Part shown: piece by piece, positions 43,885 to 45,564 of the stretch
Numbering within the stretch: the stretch's first letter is position 1
Layout: each line of letters opens with the position of its first letter
DNA from: Candidatus Bathyarchaeia archaeon
GTDB lineage: Archaea > Thermoproteota > Bathyarchaeia > 40CM-2-53-6
Direction: 5' to 3'
Assembly (NCBI GenBank): GCA_049697135.1
Contig: JBAVVE010000136.1
Location: 1-45,564, forward strand
DNA length: 45,564 nt
The notes under the pieces: model-generated
What the model was told of the DNA's origin: nothing
What the model saw: the letters and a program-made list of their open reading frames with translations, nothing else
Database searches by the model: none
Made by a program: the position numbers and the translations under genes

Positions 43885-45180
43885 TCAGCCCCAGAACCTG
43901 GCGAGGAGTATCAAGTTAGCCAATGCGGTGGTAAGGACCAAGATGAACATTCCAGTCTTCGCGAACTCCATGAATGTGATCTTCACGCCCCTAGCCTGAG
44001 CCAGACCCGTGGCGATCACGTTTGCCGAAGCCCCTATGATGGTTCCGTTTCCTCCGAGCCCGGCTCCTGCTGAGAGCGCCCACCACAGAGGGTAGACATT
44101 CACTCCGGAGAGCCTTCCGAGATCTGTCAGAACGGGGATGAAGCTGGCCGTGAACGGGATGTTATCGATGAATGCCGAGATGAGGCTGGAAATCCAGAGT
44201 ACGACGCTGACTCCAATTGTCCTGTTTGCTCCAACAATCGGTAACATCCCCTGTGCTAGCAAACTCATCCAACCAGTCTTCTCGAGAGCGCCCACGACAA
44301 CGAAAAGTGATCCAAAGAAGATCAGAGTGCTCCACTCGACCTGTCTCAAGATCTCCGGCATCCTTGGTCCACCTACAAAGAGCAGAATGACCGCGGCCGC
44401 AAGAGCTACAACAATTGGGTAGACTCCGACAACGTCTTGCAGTGAAAACATCACGATAGCGGCCACAAGCGTCACAAGACCTGTCCAGAGGAGACGGCGA
44501 TCCAGAGACACATCTGACGCCATGATCGGCAGCGCCGCGAGTTTCTGCTCTCCACCCTGCTCTCTCATAGTCTTACGAAATCTCATGCAGAAATAGAACA
44601 ACGACACCGAGAGAGCAGCAAGGGAAACCGGACCCACATTGGCTATGAACTCTGGAAACGAGAAACCCGTCGCGGTTGCGATCATTATGTTGGGCGGGTC
44701 ACCGATCAATGTGGCTGCTCCTCCTATGTTCGAGGCGACTATCTCACTCAGAATGTAGGGCTTGGGATCCAACTTTACCAGTTCCGCTATGTCGATTGTT
44801 ACGGTGACCATGAAGAGAACGGTGGTCACGTTGTCGAGAAGTGCAGAGAGGCCGGCTGTCATGAGCGTAAGGACCACTAGGAGATGCATGGGTCTGCCAC
44901 GGCACGCACTTGCAACACGCACTCCAACCCATCGAAAGAACTGTGCTTCCCTCAAGGCTCCGACAATGATCATCATACCGAAGAGCAGACCGATGGCGTT
45001 CACATCAACATAGGCTGTCATCTCTTGAGGTGTGAGGATGCCGAAAGCATATATCGCTCCAACTCCAGCCATCGCTGCAATCGTACGCTCACGGTAGCCT
45101 GTCGCAAGCAGCAGGTAAGTCACCAAAAAGATCAAGAGTGCGATGAGCTGCTCGCTGGCGATTTGCATCCGAATCCTCAC
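43885..45180 (-). CDS. ArsB/NhaD-superfamily (CitMHS-like) permease
   Basis: 431 aa, ~11 TM helices. Motifs: LLDNVTTVLFM, SNIGGAATLIGDPPNIMIA, AFIDNIPFTASFIP, GGNGTIIGASANV. Confidence 0.85.
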   Translation of the reverse strand: MRIRMQIASEQLIALLIFLVTYLLLATGYRERTIAAMAGVGAIYAFGILTPQEMTAYVDVNAIGLLFGMMIIVGALREAQFFRWVGVRVASACRGRPMHLLVVLTLMTAGLSALLDNVTTVLFMVTVTIDIAELVKLDPKPYILSEIVASNIGGAATLIGDPPNIMIATATGFSFPEFIANVGPVSLAALSVSLFYFCMRFRKTMREQGGEQKLAALPIMASDVSLDRRLLWTGLVTLVAAIVMFSLQDVVGVYPIVVALAAAVILLFVGGPRMPEILRQVEWSTLIFFGSLFVVVGALEKTGWMSLLAQGMLPIVGANRTIGVSVVLWISSLISAFIDNIPFTASFIPVLTDLGRLSGVNVYPLWWALSAGAGLGGNGTIIGASANVIATGLAQARGVKITFMEFAKTGMFILVLTTALANLILLARFWG

Positions 45181-45465
45181 GACACTCGCGGCCGAATCAT
45201 GTAAATCTTTTGAAGCGAAGACTACCTCCGTCGCCGAGAGCTACGACGCGGGCACTCCGTTTCACGAACTTGAATGCCCACGTGCGAGTAAAGGATGGAG
45301 ACGATCACGACGATGTAAACAGCTAGCAAAATGTGGTAGATTTCAATCACCAAGTCCGAGTCTCGACAAAAGTCCGCCTGAGAAATGTTCGTGTACACGA
45401 CGAAATGCCGCACAAAGCCAATCCCTAGTCTCTTCCTGGTGCGCACACACACAGAACTACTCCGA

Positions 45466-45564
45466 CTAGGGAACTTTGGCAGTCTGTCGTCTAGCTTGAC
45501 GGACTGCCTGTAACAAAGCCACTACTGTGAGCAACAGGAGGACCCAGAACGCCACCAATACAGA
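45466..45564 (-). CDS. 3' end of an unidentified membrane protein gene (partial)
   Basis: The minus-strand frame is open from the window edge (SVLVAFWVLLLLTVVALLQAVRQARRQTAKVP) to the TAG at 45466-45468. This is a TM helix plus a basic tail and is too short to classify. Confidence 0.3.
   Translation of the reverse strand, partial: SVLVAFWVLLLLTVVALLQAVRQARRQTAKVP

Noticed and set aside
45222-45452. 76-aa minus-strand ORF upstream of the ArsB/NhaD gene, and its apparent resemblance (GFV..., S-x-L-x-IE-x-x-H) to the region upstream of the orphan fragment at 25482-25700
   Set aside because: The shared residues are few and differently spaced (20 versus 37 residues apart). The DNA similarity (tcaatca core) is marginal. 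This is likely coincidence unless a computed alignment says otherwise.
1-45564. Search for tRNA, rRNA, CRISPR arrays and intact IS elements/integrases
   Set aside because: I saw no GGTTCRAATCC-type T-arm (either strand) with matching acceptor/anticodon context, no rRNA-like conserved blocks, no regularly spaced direct repeats, and no transposase- or integrase-like ORFs. A computational scan (tRNAscan-SE, Infernal, CRISPR finders) is still needed, because reading by eye can miss them.

Overview
The window looks like an archaeal chromosomal segment, most likely from an uncultivated lineage. The evidence is DUF131, DUF211, a PAC2 proteasome-chaperone-like gene, a TFS/RpoM-type zinc ribbon, a stomatin-NfeD operon, GGAGG-type ribosome-binding sites and several 4-nt start/stop overlaps. 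I found no rRNA, tRNA, CRISPR array or intact mobile element. Content falls into six groups. (1) Housekeeping enzymes: metallophosphoesterase, PNPOx-like protein, cysteine synthase family enzyme, PfkA. (2) A divergent pair of large secreted or anchored surface proteins (6857-11341). (3) A seven-gene glycosyl cluster (11320-19434): a GalT-like gene, three extra glycosyltransferases, a HAD phosphatase, a glucosyl-3-phosphoglycerate-synthase-like GT81 enzyme and an embedded TM-helix-repeat membrane protein. This is my best candidate for an uncharacterised compatible-solute or glycoconjugate pathway. (4) Many ion, osmotic and membrane-stress genes: MscS, CaCA, CPA2, VIT1-like x2, ArsB/NhaD x2, stomatin/NfeD, CBS proteins and an M50-CBS protease. 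(5) A duplicated VIT1-like + DUF211 module, with M50 5' fragments flanking the CPA2 gene. (6) A UPF0182 giant membrane protein followed directly by a membrane-anchored Hsp20-like gene. The density of gene remnants is unusually high: CPA1, M24 peptidase, PAC2, ArsB/NhaD, M50, VIT and TFS-like. All family assignments come from motif reading only and need HMM or BLAST confirmation.
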